Shown one piece after another: positions 39,224-53,036 of a DNA stretch of 64,000 nt. Source of the stretch: Octopus sinensis (lineage: Eukaryota); the NCBI RefSeq assembly GCF_006345805.1, contig NC_043024.1, forward strand, positions 6,200,001 to 6,264,000, in the 5' to 3' direction. A model generated the notes under the pieces. The model was not told the DNA's origin. It saw only the letters and a list, made by a program, of their open reading frames with translations, and made no database searches. The position numbers were made by a program, and so were the translations under genes. The first letter of the stretch is position 1. Each line of letters starts with the position of its first letter.

Positions 39224-39669
39224 CTGTGAACAAACAATAAATAAAAAAATGATTAGGTATACCAATAGGCAAATAATACTATAAAAAGGTAAACAAAAAA
39301 ATGAATAAGCCAGTCCACACACACACTAACACAAACACACACACATGTTTTTATCCAAAATGGAGACAAACACCATTCCTCCATGTGATCAATTTGAAAA
39401 ATTGTTAAGATATTAAGATATTTTTTGACATGAAACCAATGGTAGCCTTAATACACAAATAAAGAATCTCCAATCACAAATTTGGCATTGAGAATGCATT
39501 TTCATAGTTCAACATTTACATATGTGCGTATATACATATATATATACATATATATATATATATACGTTTAAGTATTTGTTGTGCAAGATTTTTTATGTGA
39601 AGTAGTGTGACATTAAATGATGATGGTAAGGATAATAATTCTATAAAAAAATTATTCTTTAGTCAACAT

Positions 39670-40294
39670 GCTCAGGTTTTAAGAAATTATAGTGGATGAG
39701 TCCAGCAGTACACCACCAAACAGTCACCATAACCTTCTTTTTGAAGAGCTCGGGTTTAGGGAAGGTTTTTGGTGCTTCATTTTGGTCCGGCCACTGCAAA
39801 GAATATTTTTTATTATTGTACAGAATCCACTTTTCACTGCAAGTTACAATACAGTCTTGAAATGGATCGATCTGGTTACAGAGAAGAAGCAACGAGCAAA
39901 TTTCATATCTGCGCATTTTCTGATTTTGATTCAAATCATGCGGTACCCATTTGTCAAGCTTATTTGATTTTCTGATGGCATGCAAATGGTTGCAGGCAGT
40001 TTTCTGGCTAACTAGAAGTTCTTTTGCCAGTTCTCGAGTGGTTTTACGTGGATCTTTCTTGATGACGGTCTTTAATTGATTGTTGTCAATGACAGATGCG
40101 TGTCCACTATGCTCACAATCTTCAAGGCTCAGGTATCCACTGCGAAATCGTTTAAACCATTTTCAAGCTGACCCCTCACTGGTCATTTCCTCACCAAACA
40201 TTTCATTGATATCGGGAGCAGTTTCAGCTGCTTTACGTCCTTTTTTGAAGTTGAATAGCAAAATCGCCCAAATATTGTACTTTGACAGTTCCAT
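39670..40294 (-). mobile_element. mariner (Mos1/DD34D-type) transposase, 5' part, pseudogenised
   Basis: MELSK..FKKGRKAAETA..WFKRFRSG..KWVPHDL..IVTCSEKWILYNN..KKVMVTVWW. Confidence 0.93.
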
Positions 40295-40689
40295 TTCAGA
40301 CGAAATATCAATGTTAATTTATTGATGCATTTGGGCAAGTCTATGACTGCATTATCATAAAATTTCAAAAATATAATTTTAAAAAAATTCAAAATCTGCA
40401 AAAATCCAGTACAAATTCTTCATGGTTCAAAATGTTGCTTACTTTTTAATCAAGCTGATAACTTTTTCCTCCAATTATCTCTTCTTTAAATGTTATCAGC
40501 TCAAAAGACAACTGACAAATGGTCTTGCTTTCAGCTTGATAATTATTTTGACCTGAAAACTCTGAGTAGCTATAATTTGTGATTTTTAATTTAAGATTAT
40601 CTTTACTCTCTTAATTAACTGAGTGTTTTTCTACTTTTTGAAGTATAATTACATTATATATATATTGTTATATTTTGGGATGGTAATAT

Positions 40690-40960
40690 TTTTCTTGCCA
40701 AATAAACACACACACACTATATACTCGTTTATTATTGTTCTTATTTCATCTTATGTCCATTGTTTGGAAATCTTTCGTCACACGTCTGTGACCTCAACAG
40801 TGATCCTCCAGTAGCAGGATACATGTGGATGGAAAGGTTCACTAAAGAAATCAAATATATGTGATGAAAGATTTCCAGACAATAAACATAAGATAGTATA
40901 AGAACAATAACAAACAATATAGAAGAATCAATATATACTGAATGTGTTTATTTGGCAAAA
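40690..40960. repeat. Inverted repeat with decayed hammerhead-like motifs
   Basis: Arms at about 40690-40800 and 40840-40960. Minus strand reads CTGTTGA-gGTCACAgacgTGTGAC-GAAA-GATTTC. Confidence 0.55.
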
Positions 40961-41183
40961 AAAAAAGACCAACCTGAAATATAACAATGTTTGTTTCAAC
41001 ACATGATTTCATGTCTTCAAAGCAAATACACACACAGACACACAGGAAGTAAATAGACACATTTAATTGTCAAAATTTCTGATCTAAGCGTCTTAATATG
41101 TTTTCAGTGGAGTAGAATTTACAATGTAATTATTCTTTTCCATTCCAGGTGCCATTATATTAAACATTTGTGAAAGAGTAACC

Positions 41184-41564
41184 ATGCCTTGTACAAAAAA
41201 TTCAGCACAACTGTCAGATTTTCAAAGAGGTCGTATTGTTGGGCAATCTGACGCTGGTCTTAGCCAGGGAAAAATTGCTGAAAATTTTCAAATTCCTCTT
41301 GCTATTTTTTATAGAATTATAGTTCTATTCAAAAGCCAAGAAAAAGAATCAACAGATTCTCATCCCAGCCGACCTGGGCCCTCAGAAAGGAAGCTTCACT
41401 GTTTGAAGAGAAGTGTGGAAAACAAACCCAGTTCAAAGGTTTCTGATATTGCAAAACAGCTAGAAGTTAGTCCAAGAACGTGTGTTGCATACCTGCATAA
41501 GTTTGAGTATTATGGACGAGCAGCTAGAATAAGACCTCACCTTCAATCAAATAATATCAAATAA
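41184..41564 (+). mobile_element. Tc1 transposase N-terminal HTH fragment
   Basis: LSDFQRGRIVG..GLSQ.KIA..RPGP..L.R.V..P...L.K..YYGRAAR..P.L. Confidence 0.85.
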
Positions 41565-41841
41565 AAGATTTTGAAAAATGAAAGGTGTCTATTTACTTCT
41601 GCATGTCTGTGTATAATATATATATATTTATAGATAGATAGATAGATAGATTCAGATTAATATGGTACTTAAGTTGAGGCACCAGAACTTAGTACGGTAT
41701 TATCCATACAATTTCAAAGTAAGGTAATTAAAATCAAAATAAACAACAAGAGCATTTAAATTGATGTAATGATTGCATTGTTCAATTAAATGGAGTTGCT
41801 CTGGATATCCTTGTTGCTTATTTTGATTATATATATATATA

Positions 41842-42354
41842 CTAGCAGTATCGCCCGGCGTTGTTCGGGTTTGTAAGGGAAATAACTATATAAGCATTTT
41901 TAGAGAGTTACTTCCCTTATAGATGCCAATTCGGGCTTTCTTAGCCATTTCTGTTTTGGTGTCTTCAAGCCATGAAGTCATTGTTCTAAAAGAACGCTGG
42001 TCTCCTTGACAACGCTTTACGACGTTGATTTCCTTACACTCCCTTCCCCACAGCTTCACGAGGGAGGGAAGAAGGGGGAGAAGCAAACAGGTGCAGGTGT
42101 GACCATGGACACCAACTCCGCCGCCATCGACACACGAAAAATTATGCATTAAAATGGAATAAAAAATGATGTTAAATTATTTTTAAAATCGTAGACTCAT
42201 CGTAGACGCGCGCTAATACTCAGACGGGCTTGAAATGAATCACGACTATAAGATACCCGAATTTGGTTAAACTGCACCGCAAAATGTGGGAGTAGTTAGG
42301 AATCTAAATCGAAGGGGACAGACACTCACACAACTACAGTTTTATATATATAGA
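41842..42354 (-). mobile_element. Complete non-autonomous Helitron (513 bp)
   Basis: 5' A|TCTATATATATAAAA; 3' hairpin CCCGaacaacgcCGGG then CTAG|T; inserted at AT with no TSD. Confidence 0.85.
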
Positions 42355-42531
42355 TATATATATACGTATATGTATATATACATATAGTTGAAGTTTATAG
42401 AAAAACAAAAGATGAAAACAGGTGTATGAACAACAAGCTGGTGTATTAGCTTGACACTCAGGAAAATGAAAAAGTCTTTTACATTTCGAGCCTATGCTCT
42501 TCAACAGAAAAGAATAAGAGAAACATGTTAC

Positions 42532-42900
42532 CTTCATAAGAAATCCAAAACCGAAAACGGTGCATTACTGTGTTGCTGACCTGCATCACAGTCACATTAC
42601 CACAGGCGAGAAAATATCTGGATTGAAAACTCTGTTTGCTTCTACAAATAATTTCACTGGTGAAGTTGTGGCCTTCACATGGTCTCTCAGTGACTATCCT
42701 TAAGCCAACTGCACAAGCCCCTTTCGATGGTTGCTGAAGCATGACATCATGAAGACGCAGTATAATGAAAGACTCCTGAGGAACATGGATTTTCCATTGG
42801 CAAACTCCAATGATAGACATGGAAGGATATTTCTCATTCTGGATGAAGCCCTTTGGTTTCGAGAGTTCACTTTGGCTGCAAGATTTTATTCTTTGGGTTT
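42532..42900 (-). CDS. Receptor gene exon B: CUB domain
   Basis: Acceptor ..ctttgtattttcag| and donor G|gtaaca; 369 nt, phase 1-1, in frame with exon A. ETQRIKSCSQSELSKPKGFIQNEKYPSMSIIGVCQWKIHVPQESFIILRLHDV...CGNVTV...RFRFWISYE shows CUB hallmarks (G.I....YP, C.W.I.VP, I.L, F.I.Y). Confidence 0.9.
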
Positions 42901-43116
42901 CTGAAAATACAAAGAAAGAGAAAATAATACTACAGCATATTCATACATAATTACTTCTCTCTCCCTCCCTCTTTATCTTTCACACTCTCTTGGTCTTTCT
43001 CTCTCTCTCTCTTTTTATTTCTTTCTCTCTGCCTCTCTTTATTTCTCTCTCTCTTACACTCTTTTCCTCTCCTCTCTCTGTATTTGGAATTAGTGAAATG
43101 TAAAGGTCATCCTAAC

Positions 43117-43353
43117 CTTTGACACAAGTATAGGTGACTTTTAGTCGAATGCTTTTATTGTCCGGGCAAATGTTGTTCAGCTGACACTCTTTCCGGCCCA
43201 TACAGCTGTTTCGGAAGTTTTGAAACGATCGGTTCTGAAAAGCACTGTTTGTAGCCTTTTGGACGTTGTAGATAAGGATGATGGACCCCTCATCACATAC
43301 CAGGGTCTTTGATGATCCACCGCACACATCTTGCAAACAGTAATTCCAGATAT
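43117..43353 (-). CDS. Receptor gene exon A: degenerate SUEL/galactose-binding-lectin-like domain
   Basis: Acceptor ..tttcgttgcag| and donor G|gttagg; 237 nt, phase 1-1. Translation (D)IWNYCLQDVCGGSSKTLVCDEGSIILIYNVQKA..CMGRKECQLNNICPDNKSIRLKVTYTCVK follows the SUEL Cys spacing (C..L.C....I.I; C.G+..C; C......L.V.Y.C). Confidence 0.85.
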
Positions 43354-43370
43354 CTGCAACGAAATGAGGA

Positions 43371-43468
43371 TAGTAGTAGTAGCAATAAAAGTGGTAGTGA
43401 TGGTGGTAGTAGTAGTAGTGGTGGTGGTGGTGGTGGTGGAGGTGGTAGTGGCGGTAGAGGTGTGATGA

Positions 43469-43501
<33 letters not shown>

Positions 43502-43609
43502 AAGTAGTGTGTGTAATAGTAGTAGTGGTAGTGGTGGTAGTAGTAGTAGTGGTGGTAGTAGTAGTAGTGGTGGTTGTAGTGGTGGTTGTAGTGGTGGTGG
43601 TAGTAGTAA

Positions 43610-43658
<49 letters not shown>
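43371..43658. repeat. Compound (GTA)n/(GTG)n microsatellite next to the exon A acceptor
   Basis: Directly visible; it produces the poly-L/Y/V pseudo-ORFs. Confidence 0.95.
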
Positions 43659-43659
<1 letters not shown>

Positions 43660-44111
43660 TATATACAGCATCAATACTAAATATCTCTAATTTTGGCACA
43701 AGGCCAGCAATTTTGAGAGGGAAGGGGAAATTCAATTACACAAATCCCTATACCTGACTGCTATTTTATTTTATCAATCCCCAAACGATGAAAGGCAAAG
43801 TTGACTTCATCAGGATTTGAACTCATAATGTCAAGATTCAGAGAAAATGCTGTTAAACATATCGTCTGATGTGCCAACGATTCTGCCAGCTCACCCCCTT
43901 TTAGCAATAGCAACAACAACAGCATCATCATCATCATCATCAACAACAACAATTTTGGTACAAGGCCAGCAGTTGGGGATATGATGATTACATTGACCCC
44001 AGTATGTAACTGGTACTTATTTTATCGACTCCCTTAAGGATGAAAGGCAAAGTCAACCTCAGTGAAACTTGAACACAGAATGTGAAAGTGGATGAAATGT
44101 TACTACTATTG

Positions 44112-44186
44112 CCTTGGGCCAACCTTGTGAGTGGATTTGGTAGATGGAAACTAAAAGAAACCTGTCGTATATATGTATATATATAT

Positions 44187-44226
<40 letters not shown>

Positions 44227-44443
44227 GTATGCTTGTGTGTCTGTGTCTGTCCCCCCAACTTCACTTGACAACCGATGCTGGTGTGTTTACATCCCTGTAG
44301 CTTAGCGGTTCGGCAAAAGAGACCAATAGAATAAGTACTAGGCTTACAAGGAATAAGTCCTGGGTGTCGATTTGCTCGACTAAAGGCAGTGCTCCAGCAT
44401 GGCCACAGTCAAATTATTGAAACAAGTAAAAGAGTAAAAGAGT
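44112..44443 (+). mobile_element. CORE-like SINE, 5'-truncated
   Basis: Matches the family body and tail. Confidence 0.85.
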
Positions 44444-45208
44444 ATAGAAGAAATGCCACTAAGGAATCTGGCTGGTGTGCTAACAATTCTGCTGGATCAT
44501 CCCCTTCGATATTGGCAAATATTAACAGGTTACAACAACAACAATGACAAAAATATGCTGTTTGAGTATTTAGAGATAACGAACTTTTTAACTGTAATGG
44601 AATAAAAGAAGAATGTGTCAGAAGTACTTGACAAACGCAGAGGAAATACTTACCATTATAATTCCATTATATTGGTAAAAGAATTTACATGAAGTACCAC
44701 AAGAAACAAAAAAAACAAAAAACTAAGAAAATGAAGTAGTTTTGTCTGGGGAGATAAGACATACACACATACACAACACATATATACACACATACACATT
44801 CACAGACATACACATACAGATACAAATACAAGCAGCCACACATATACCCACACAAATACACACATATACATACACACACTCAAACACATGCATACATACA
44901 TTCAAACACACACACACACACACACACACATGCAGATACACGTACATAGATACACGGACATACATAAAAACACACATATACAAAAACACATACATAAACA
45001 TACAGTCCAGAAACAATCAAACACACACACACAACACACACAACATTCGAACACAAATACTCTTTCACATGCATACACACATCCACATCCATGTGAGATG
45101 AAGAGCCCAACAGATCTACAGCTGTTCCACTGACCAACAAACATTAGTCATTTGGCTACAAACAGCATCACAACATATATCAATGTTTGTGCACTCATAT
45201 TGTATCTA

Positions 45209-46448
45209 CAGGGTGTATAAGGGATCTGAGGACATACCTTTTTGGGGTCATTGCTGCATTTCTTGCTAACTCTGTATAATCTTTGTTTCAGAAAATAATA
45301 ATGGCAGATCCTCAGCTTACTCAAGAAATGCAGAGGCATGCTGTTATTGTGGTTATAAAGGCTGAGCATAGCGATTTAGAAATATCTCGATTTTTAAAAT
45401 TGCCAGATCTTTTGTTTACAAAATTTATAAGGCGCTAGAGACTGAAGATTAGAAATTTATCACCAGTGTCAAAACATAAAAAGCATTCTAAACACTCTGA
45501 AATCATCAGAACAACTGAATTTATCCAGCAAGTTCAACAGATCATTGATTACAATCCCAGAAAGTCCATGAGGTCAATTGCAAAAGATCTCCATGTGTCA
45601 GAAGAAACAGTCAGAAATGTTGTCCACGAAGACGACAAATATAAGTCTTATATGATGAGAAAAGGTCATTTTGTCGGAAAAAGCAAAAGAAAATTACTAC
45701 ATCAGATCTAAAAGGCTCTTAAACAAGCAGAATAATCCAGGAGAAGAAGAGAAAAACTTCGACCAACATCAAAAAGTTAACAGAAGAAATGACAGATGGC
45801 TATGTGCAGACCCTTCTGAAGTTCTAAATGTTATGCATACAAAATTTCCTGCAACAGTCATGGTTTTAGGGGTTGTCAGCAATGAAGGACATGTGATGCC
45901 TCCTTACTTCTTTCCATAAGGCCTTAGAGTTAACTCTGCTGCCTTCACTGAGGTCCTGGAAATAATTGTTGAGCCCTGGATAGACAGTGTATGCAATGGA
46001 AGGCCATATATGTTTCAGTAAGACTGTACTATCATACATGGCTCTAATAACACAGGAATGGATGGCTGAAAATTTTCATGATCACATAACCCCTAACATT
46101 TGGCCTCCTAATTCCCCAGATCTCAAATCATTGGACTATTACATGTGGCGCGTTAATGAGAGAGAGAGGTCAATGGACACACCCATAACACTAAAGATTC
46201 TTTGAAAGCTGCCATAGTCAGAGTAATGTCCAAAATGAACCAGGACCACTTGATTTGAACATGTAGAGGATTTAGATCTCATATAGAAGCAGTTGTTGAA
46301 GCTGAAGGTGACTTTATTGAATAACATTATAGAAAAGAAGGTTTATTTTTATCTTCATATAATTTTTTGATAAATAAAGTTATTATTTGTTATTATCTAT
46401 CTGTTTTTTATAAACATAAATCTGTCCTCAAATCTCTTACACAACCTG
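45209..46448 (+). mobile_element. DD37D (maT-type) transposon, near full length, pseudogenised
   Basis: TA TSDs; TIRs CAGGGTGTATAAGGGATCTGAGGACA / TGTCCTCAAATCTCTTACACAACCTG; ATG at 45301; EKNFDQ, TKFPATVMVLGVVS.EG, WPPNSPDL..LDYY.W. D-D spacing is about 37 after repairing a frameshift. Confidence 0.9.
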
Positions 46449-46496
46449 TATATTGTAGAAGAAAATGAGATGACAAAGGAATAAATGAACTTCATT

Positions 46497-46576
46497 AGCT
46501 TACAGTTGTTTCTGCCAGAAGTGCAGTGGGCTCATAGGTGAGGGCCTGAGTAACACCACATAACTTCATCAGAGCC
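46497..46576 (-). ncRNA. Type I hammerhead-like motif
   Basis: GGCT-CTGATGA-[long irregular stem II]-GAAA-CAacTG-TA-AGCT. Confidence 0.6.
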
Positions 46577-46711
46577 TCAAATATTAAGTGCAGTTTATTT
46601 GGGAAAAGAATTACATTCATGCATTTATATATTTTAAAATTAAGCTCATTCTCGACTCTCATCCCTCACGTATGTGTTTGCTGTCTGATTGTTAATGCTT
46701 TTATATATATA

Positions 46712-47007
46712 CTAGCATTATGACCCGTCGTTGCTGGGTCATAGTGCTAGTGCCTGTATATATGTGTATATATATGTGTACATATTACATGTACATCTAT
46801 ATATATACATCTACACATGAAATACAAAATACAAAGTTATATCTTGATATCGCTAGCGATAACAATACTCAAAATATATAACAGACTGGAATTGTAGGCC
46901 CGTCTCTTGCAATTTCGATCAATTATATCTTGTCCTCCCTCTTGTATAGAAGTGTGGCTACAATCCAGCCTACCTCTACTTCTGGGGGGACATTTTTAAT
47001 TTTTATC
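46712..47007 (-). mobile_element. Helitron 3' portion (same family as 882-1274)
   Basis: Close reverse complement of 978-1274, including the hairpin and CTAG. Confidence 0.8.
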
Positions 47008-47155
47008 TTAGCAGTTCAACAAAAGTACTGATAGAATAAGTACTAGACTTAAAAATAACTACCAGGATTGATTTGTTTGACTAAAACCCTTCAAGATAGT
47101 ACCCTAGCATGGCTGCAGTCAAATGACTGGAGTAAAAGATAAAATGAGTGTATGC

Positions 47156-47219
<64 letters not shown>

Positions 47220-48055
47220 GGAGTAAGCACATAATTGTGAAACAAGGTGGAAAAAAAGAGTACTCAAATACCAGAGGTAGAGTAATATACTTTATTTAAA
47301 AGCAGCAGAAATATAACAAGAGCTGTTACTCAGAGTTTCACATTCCCGTTTGCCAGACAGTTTTATTAAAATAGAACAGAAATAAGGATATGATCAAAAC
47401 TAGTTAAAGGATACACCTTTAAAATGGATTTGTTTCATTGGTCCTTTCAATCAATGCAATGAACAAAATAAACAAAATAAATGAATTTAATATAAATTCA
47501 TCCTCTTATAAAAATCGAGGATTCAAAATATATATTGCAAATAATTATAAACGAAATATAATTCAATTAATACAAATAATTGTATTTTGAATCCACTCTT
47601 TGATTTAAGGTTTTCCTTGATTTTTATAATAGGATGAATTTATAATTTATAATAGGATGAATTTGTTTATTTTGTTCATTGCATGCTTAAGATCGTTAAT
47701 TGAAAGGACTAACGAAACAAATATATATATACAACAGCATGGAATTTTGTCAGTGAACAGGTCGTGGTCACAAAGCGACGAAAATATTTTGACAAATTAA
47801 ACTTAAATGTTGAAGTGAATCTAACGGATTTTGTCCGTTTCTTAAATGGCTTATAAACACCTTCCGCGCTGCAATTGTTTTCGTTCCAGCACACAATCTC
47901 AGATCAGGTCACTTGCTATGCAAGTACATCTCTGTAATATATATATATGTATGTAAAGTTAATCCAAACATGAAAGCACAAAAAAACACAACAACGCGAG
48001 GACGTGGAACAAATATAGTATTATTGGACGCTCAGGAAAGAAGGAAAGAAGGAGG

Positions 48056-48090
48056 GTTTAACGTTTCGAGCGGAGCTCTTCGTCAGAAAC
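48056..48090 (-). ncRNA. Minimal type I hammerhead in the ~205-bp element (copy 2)
   Basis: GTTT-CTGACGA-aGAGCtccGCTC-GAAA-CGTT-AAAC; the stem III region is the palindrome AACGTT. Confidence 0.7.
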
Positions 48091-48480
48091 ATAGAAGGAA
48101 AGATCCAGAGAAGGAAGACAAAGGAAAAAAATCGCCAACGGTACACACGCGGTCACATTTTGAATGTATGTATATACATACATATATACATACATACATA
48201 TATATATAGATATATATATACAATTATTAAGAACATTTGGCCTCCTAATTGCGGCATCTGATTGTGACATGTAAAAAGCTCCCACTACTCTCTTGGAGTG
48301 GTTGGCGTTAGGAAGGGCATCCAGCTGTAGAAATACTGCCAGGTCAGATTGGGGCCAGGTGCAGCCTCCTGGCTTCCCAGACCCCAGTTGAACCATCCAA
48401 CCCATGCCAGCATGGAAAATGGACGTTAAACGATGATGAAGATGATAATATATATACATATATGTATATATACTTATGTG

Positions 48481-48525
<45 letters not shown>

Positions 48526-48898
48526 ATACATACACATACATACATGTATGCATGTGTGTATGTATGTATGTATGACAAATATTCATTCGAAGCAAATTAT
48601 TCTGTGACTATTCAAACTCAATAGCTACGTGCGGTCTGTCATCTTTTATTGCTTGAAGGATCACAAGGGGTATTTGTGAGTGCCCGTGTATATGTGTGTG
48701 TGTATATGTGTGTGTGTGTGTGCTTTCAAGTGCCATAATTACTGATGGAATTGGTTCGGTCTGTGCATTCACTCTTCTTTTCATCTGTAATGGTCGTCAG
48801 CGGTAATCAGATGAAAACACGATTCGGTCAATCATCACAAGTTTTGTGATGTAGGGCAAACATTTGAACACCTACCTACCTATCTCTCTCTCTTTATC

Positions 48899-48959
<61 letters not shown>

Positions 48960-49138
48960 GTCTGTCTATCTATCTATTTATCTATCTATCTATCTGTATA
49001 TCAATCTATCTATCTATCTATCCATATATCAATCTATCTATCTGTCTATCTATCTATCTACCAATCTATCTATCTACCAAGCCCTGTGTGGCCAATAAAG
49101 AAACTTATCTATCTATCTACCTATCTATTTATCTACCA

Positions 49139-49232
<94 letters not shown>

Positions 49233-50717
49233 TTATCTATCTATCCATCTACCACATTCTCACACGTATATGTGTGTACGTATGTGTATATTCATGCATG
49301 TAACTTCCCCTGCGTGTGTGTATAAAACCGATAGATTCATAGATAGATATGGGAATCTTTGTGGATGCCTATACTTATACGTATACATATAATGTAATAT
49401 GTGTGTGTGAGTGTTTGTGTGTGTGTGTGTCTGTTTGTCCATGTGTATGTGTGGGGGACATTAGTCTATATATTCTTGCTCTTACGTGTTTGTGTGTGTG
49501 AATTCCTATGTTTATTTCTTATGTTTATTTCGAAACGAAAACAGAATTTGGCGCCAGCTTCATCACAGTTGGCGGGGTTTTTCTCGGCCCCAATTAATAA
49601 TTCTTGCATTTGACAACAGTGATGCTGTCGTTGGGTGAGAAATAAAATAAATTAAAATAAAAGTAACATAAAATAAAATATGGGGAGGACCCAGAATCGC
49701 CGTTGTTTGTGATCTTTGAATTCCGTGGGCGAGTTTCAAAATGACGAGTTGGTACCCCGCTGTTGGCACATGACTTCATTTCCTTAAATCAAAACCCCTG
49801 CTTTCACTTCCCTCTCAACAACATCCCCTATATACAGCCCCATCTTCAACAACATCCCCTATTCACTTCCGACCAACCCCTCAAATAACAGGTAATTAAG
49901 TTCTTAATTAATCAAAAGGCATATTAATTCATTCCGTTTGGTGAACTTTAAACTTAAGTAATATTTTTACCGAAACAACTCACCGTTAAGAAGTTGCAGG
50001 GCCTCTTCAGAGTCGATTCGCTTGCTAGAAATACTAGCTAAATCTTCCATCAAGCATACCATAACGTCTTGATTAACAAAAAGGAAATCGCGTCGGATAA
50101 TGTGGATCTAATTTCTTTATATATTTGAAAAAGATGGGGATGGCTATGGTTGGAACGTCCTTGATCATAAGTCTACCCTAATAGGTCAGACCTGGAGCTA
50201 AAGAAGACTATGCCTTTTGAATTTACCATTTCGTGCTGTTAAGTTCTATTCGAACCCTTCCATTGTTGATGTTGTTGTTGATGCTTCTTTGATAGTCGGT
50301 CAGCCTCGATCCAGCATACCCATTGTCAAAGGCGCTCTAGTCGTGACCATCCTGTCCTTACGTCTATCAGGAATTACCTTGTGTATATATAATCTAGTGT
50401 ATTTCCTTATCAACCCTTTCATTACCATATTTATTTTCAGATGCTCTGTGTTTCTTTCAATTATTTTAAATATAACAAAGAATTTAGTAAAATAACTTAG
50501 TTATCATTCATCTAGTGTTAGGAACATAAATTGTGACTAAGGTTTGGTGGAAGATTTTAATTCAAAACTTATGAAAACAAGACATTTGTACTACAGAGCC
50601 AGAGCCGGTTTCAGTCGGGTTGGTAATGAAAGGGTTAAGACGACAGACGTTCTTAATAATTGTATGTGAACTGCTTGCTTTTACTGACTTGTTAGTCTGT
50701 CCAAGCATATCATAGAT

Positions 50718-51786
50718 CAGTGGTTCTCAATGAGAGTTCACATGGCCCCTGAGGGTCCATATAAGATTTTTTTTTTTGGGGGGGGGTCCATACGATAAAA
50801 TAGTAAATTGGGGATCCACAATAGCATTTTAAGGGCCCTTGAAAAAAAATCTTGCTTTTGCTGTATGCATTGGTATGTATTGCAAAAAATAGCGAAATTT
50901 CCTTCTCTAAAATTTTACATATTTCAACCTCCACAAATTAATGTGTGGAAAACAAAAGAGGAATTTTGAAAGAAGGAAAAAACCCACTCACCCACCAATA
51001 AAATTTAAAAAAAATATTACACATGATGGAGAATTGATTTCTCAACATTTCTCTATTATGTATATTCCTGTCCCAGTTTGTTAATGTTAAGGCCTTAATT
51101 GCCTAACTCTATGAAATTTACCTAACCTTGGGACGTGAATCTACAGAATACAGAAAGGAAGTTTATTTAATAGAAATTCCTAATTTTTATGGTAAGTAGC
51201 TTGCTTACGAACCACATGGTTCCGGGTTCAGTCCCACTGCGTGGCAACTTGGACAAGTGTCTTCTAATATAGCCTCGAGCCAACCAAAGCCTTGTGAGTA
51301 GATTTGGTAGACGGAAACTGAAAGAAGCCCGTCGCATATATGTATATATATATATATATATGTATGTGTATGTATATGTTTGTATGTCTGTGTTTGTCCA
51401 CCCAACATCACTTGACAACCGATGCTGGTGTGTTTACATCCCCGTAACTTAACAGTTCGGCAAAAGAGACCGATAGAATTAACATTAGGCTTACAAAGTC
51501 CTGGGGTCGATTTGCTTGACTAAAAGCGATGCTCCAGCTTGGCCACAGTCACATGTAAAAAGGGAGTTCTTATTATTATTATAAGACATGGTAGGAAATC
51601 AATATTCCACGAATGTGCAATAATTAAAAAAAAAATTTTATGGTGTGGGGGGGGGGTAAAAAAGAGAGTCTTCCTAAAAGAAGTATCTATAAAGCTAGCT
51701 CTAAACATTGACTGGCTATGTGGGTCCAACAGAATAAAATAGTAATTAAAGGGGGCCCACAGATAAAAGATGGCTGAGAACCTCTG
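50718..51786 (+). mobile_element. hAT (Charlie-like) non-autonomous element with nested SINE (51190-51553)
   Basis: TIRs CAGTGGTTCTCA / TGAGAACCTCTG; 8-bp TSD TCATAGAT / TCCTAGAT; subterminal GGG(G/T)CC repeats; empty paralogous site near 53820. Confidence 0.85.
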
Positions 51787-52846
51787 TCCTAGATGAATGA
51801 TGTCAAATCTTTGTAGTTATATACAGAGCTGTCTTAGCAACAACAAAGCCCCTCACCCCTGGGTAAATCAATACACTGGGCCCTATAGTATTTATTTGTT
51901 GACAGTTGAGTCTTTGGGTTGATTTAATTGGCTTCTCTGCCCCTTGAAATTTTTGGCCTTATGTCAGAATTCGAAACAGTCTGTCAATGTAGTGTAGGGC
52001 TAACCGTGTGAACTTATGTGAAAATCAGGAATCAATAATAACTCAAAGTAAGATTGCGGCCCTGGGATCCTAACATCTGAAGGGTCCTGTCCAGTCAAGA
52101 TTTCTTCTTGTAGAAAGGATTATTATTATTTGGTGGGTAAAAGCAATGATGTTCACAGGGAAATTCTAAGTGTTGATGAGGATGAAATAACTGGTCAGTT
52201 TTGCAGGACTTTTGGACCAGAGACTTCTAAAGATGACTTCTAGAAATCCCTAGTCTGGCTTGGCTTGGCCTGGTCTGGCCTACAGAATGGCACTTTCCAA
52301 GGATGGATATGGAACCAAGTTGGGCTGTTTGAAATCCACACAGAGCAAACCATCCTGCAATCACTTGGGCAGTGGCCAAGTGATTGCTGACCTTTTGGAG
52401 TTTTGTTGAACAGCTCTTGTCGCTTGTAGGATGAATACAACTATTGGCTGAGTCCATCCTAAAAGTCACCCCATCACCCACCTCAGGCAAGAGGCAGAAT
52501 AGGCAGTACTATTCTGTCAAGTGCAGGAGTTCTCAACCATTCACGGATCCCTTTGTTAACTATCCTACTCTGGTGGTCAGTTTGCAAGACATGTAAACGT
52601 CAAGACAGATACAGAGGACCAGTGGCTGTGGATGAGGAGTGACCTGCCACTACTACTACTACTGCTACAGCTACTACTACCATTACTACTACTGCTGCTG
52701 CTGCTGATGCTGATGCTGCCACCACCACCACCACCACCTCTACCACTGCTGCTGCTACACACACACACACACACATTCAATGTTTTGTCCTGTACTGTCC
52801 ATAATGTTTTTCTTGCTGTAAACCCATTGTGGTCAATAAATAAACC

Positions 52847-53036
52847 ACAACCACCACCACCACCACCACCACCACCACCACCACCACCACCACCACCACC
52901 ACACCACCACCACCACCACCACTACCACCACCACCACTACCACCACCATCATCATCATTACCACCACCACGACCACCATCACCACGACCACCATCACCAC
53001 CACCACCACCACCATCACCACCATCATTACTACTAC
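52847..53036. repeat. (CAC)n-type microsatellite
   Basis: Directly visible; source of the poly-P/H/W pseudo-ORFs. Confidence 0.95.

Noticed and set aside
45148-45198. MSAQTLIYVVMLFVAK as the receptor signal peptide
   Set aside because: Ends in an in-frame stop with no phase-1 donor that I could find.
48770-48800. CTGACGA...GAAA on the minus strand (also CTGAAGA near 50004)
   Set aside because: No supporting stems or UH cleavage triplet; consistent with chance.
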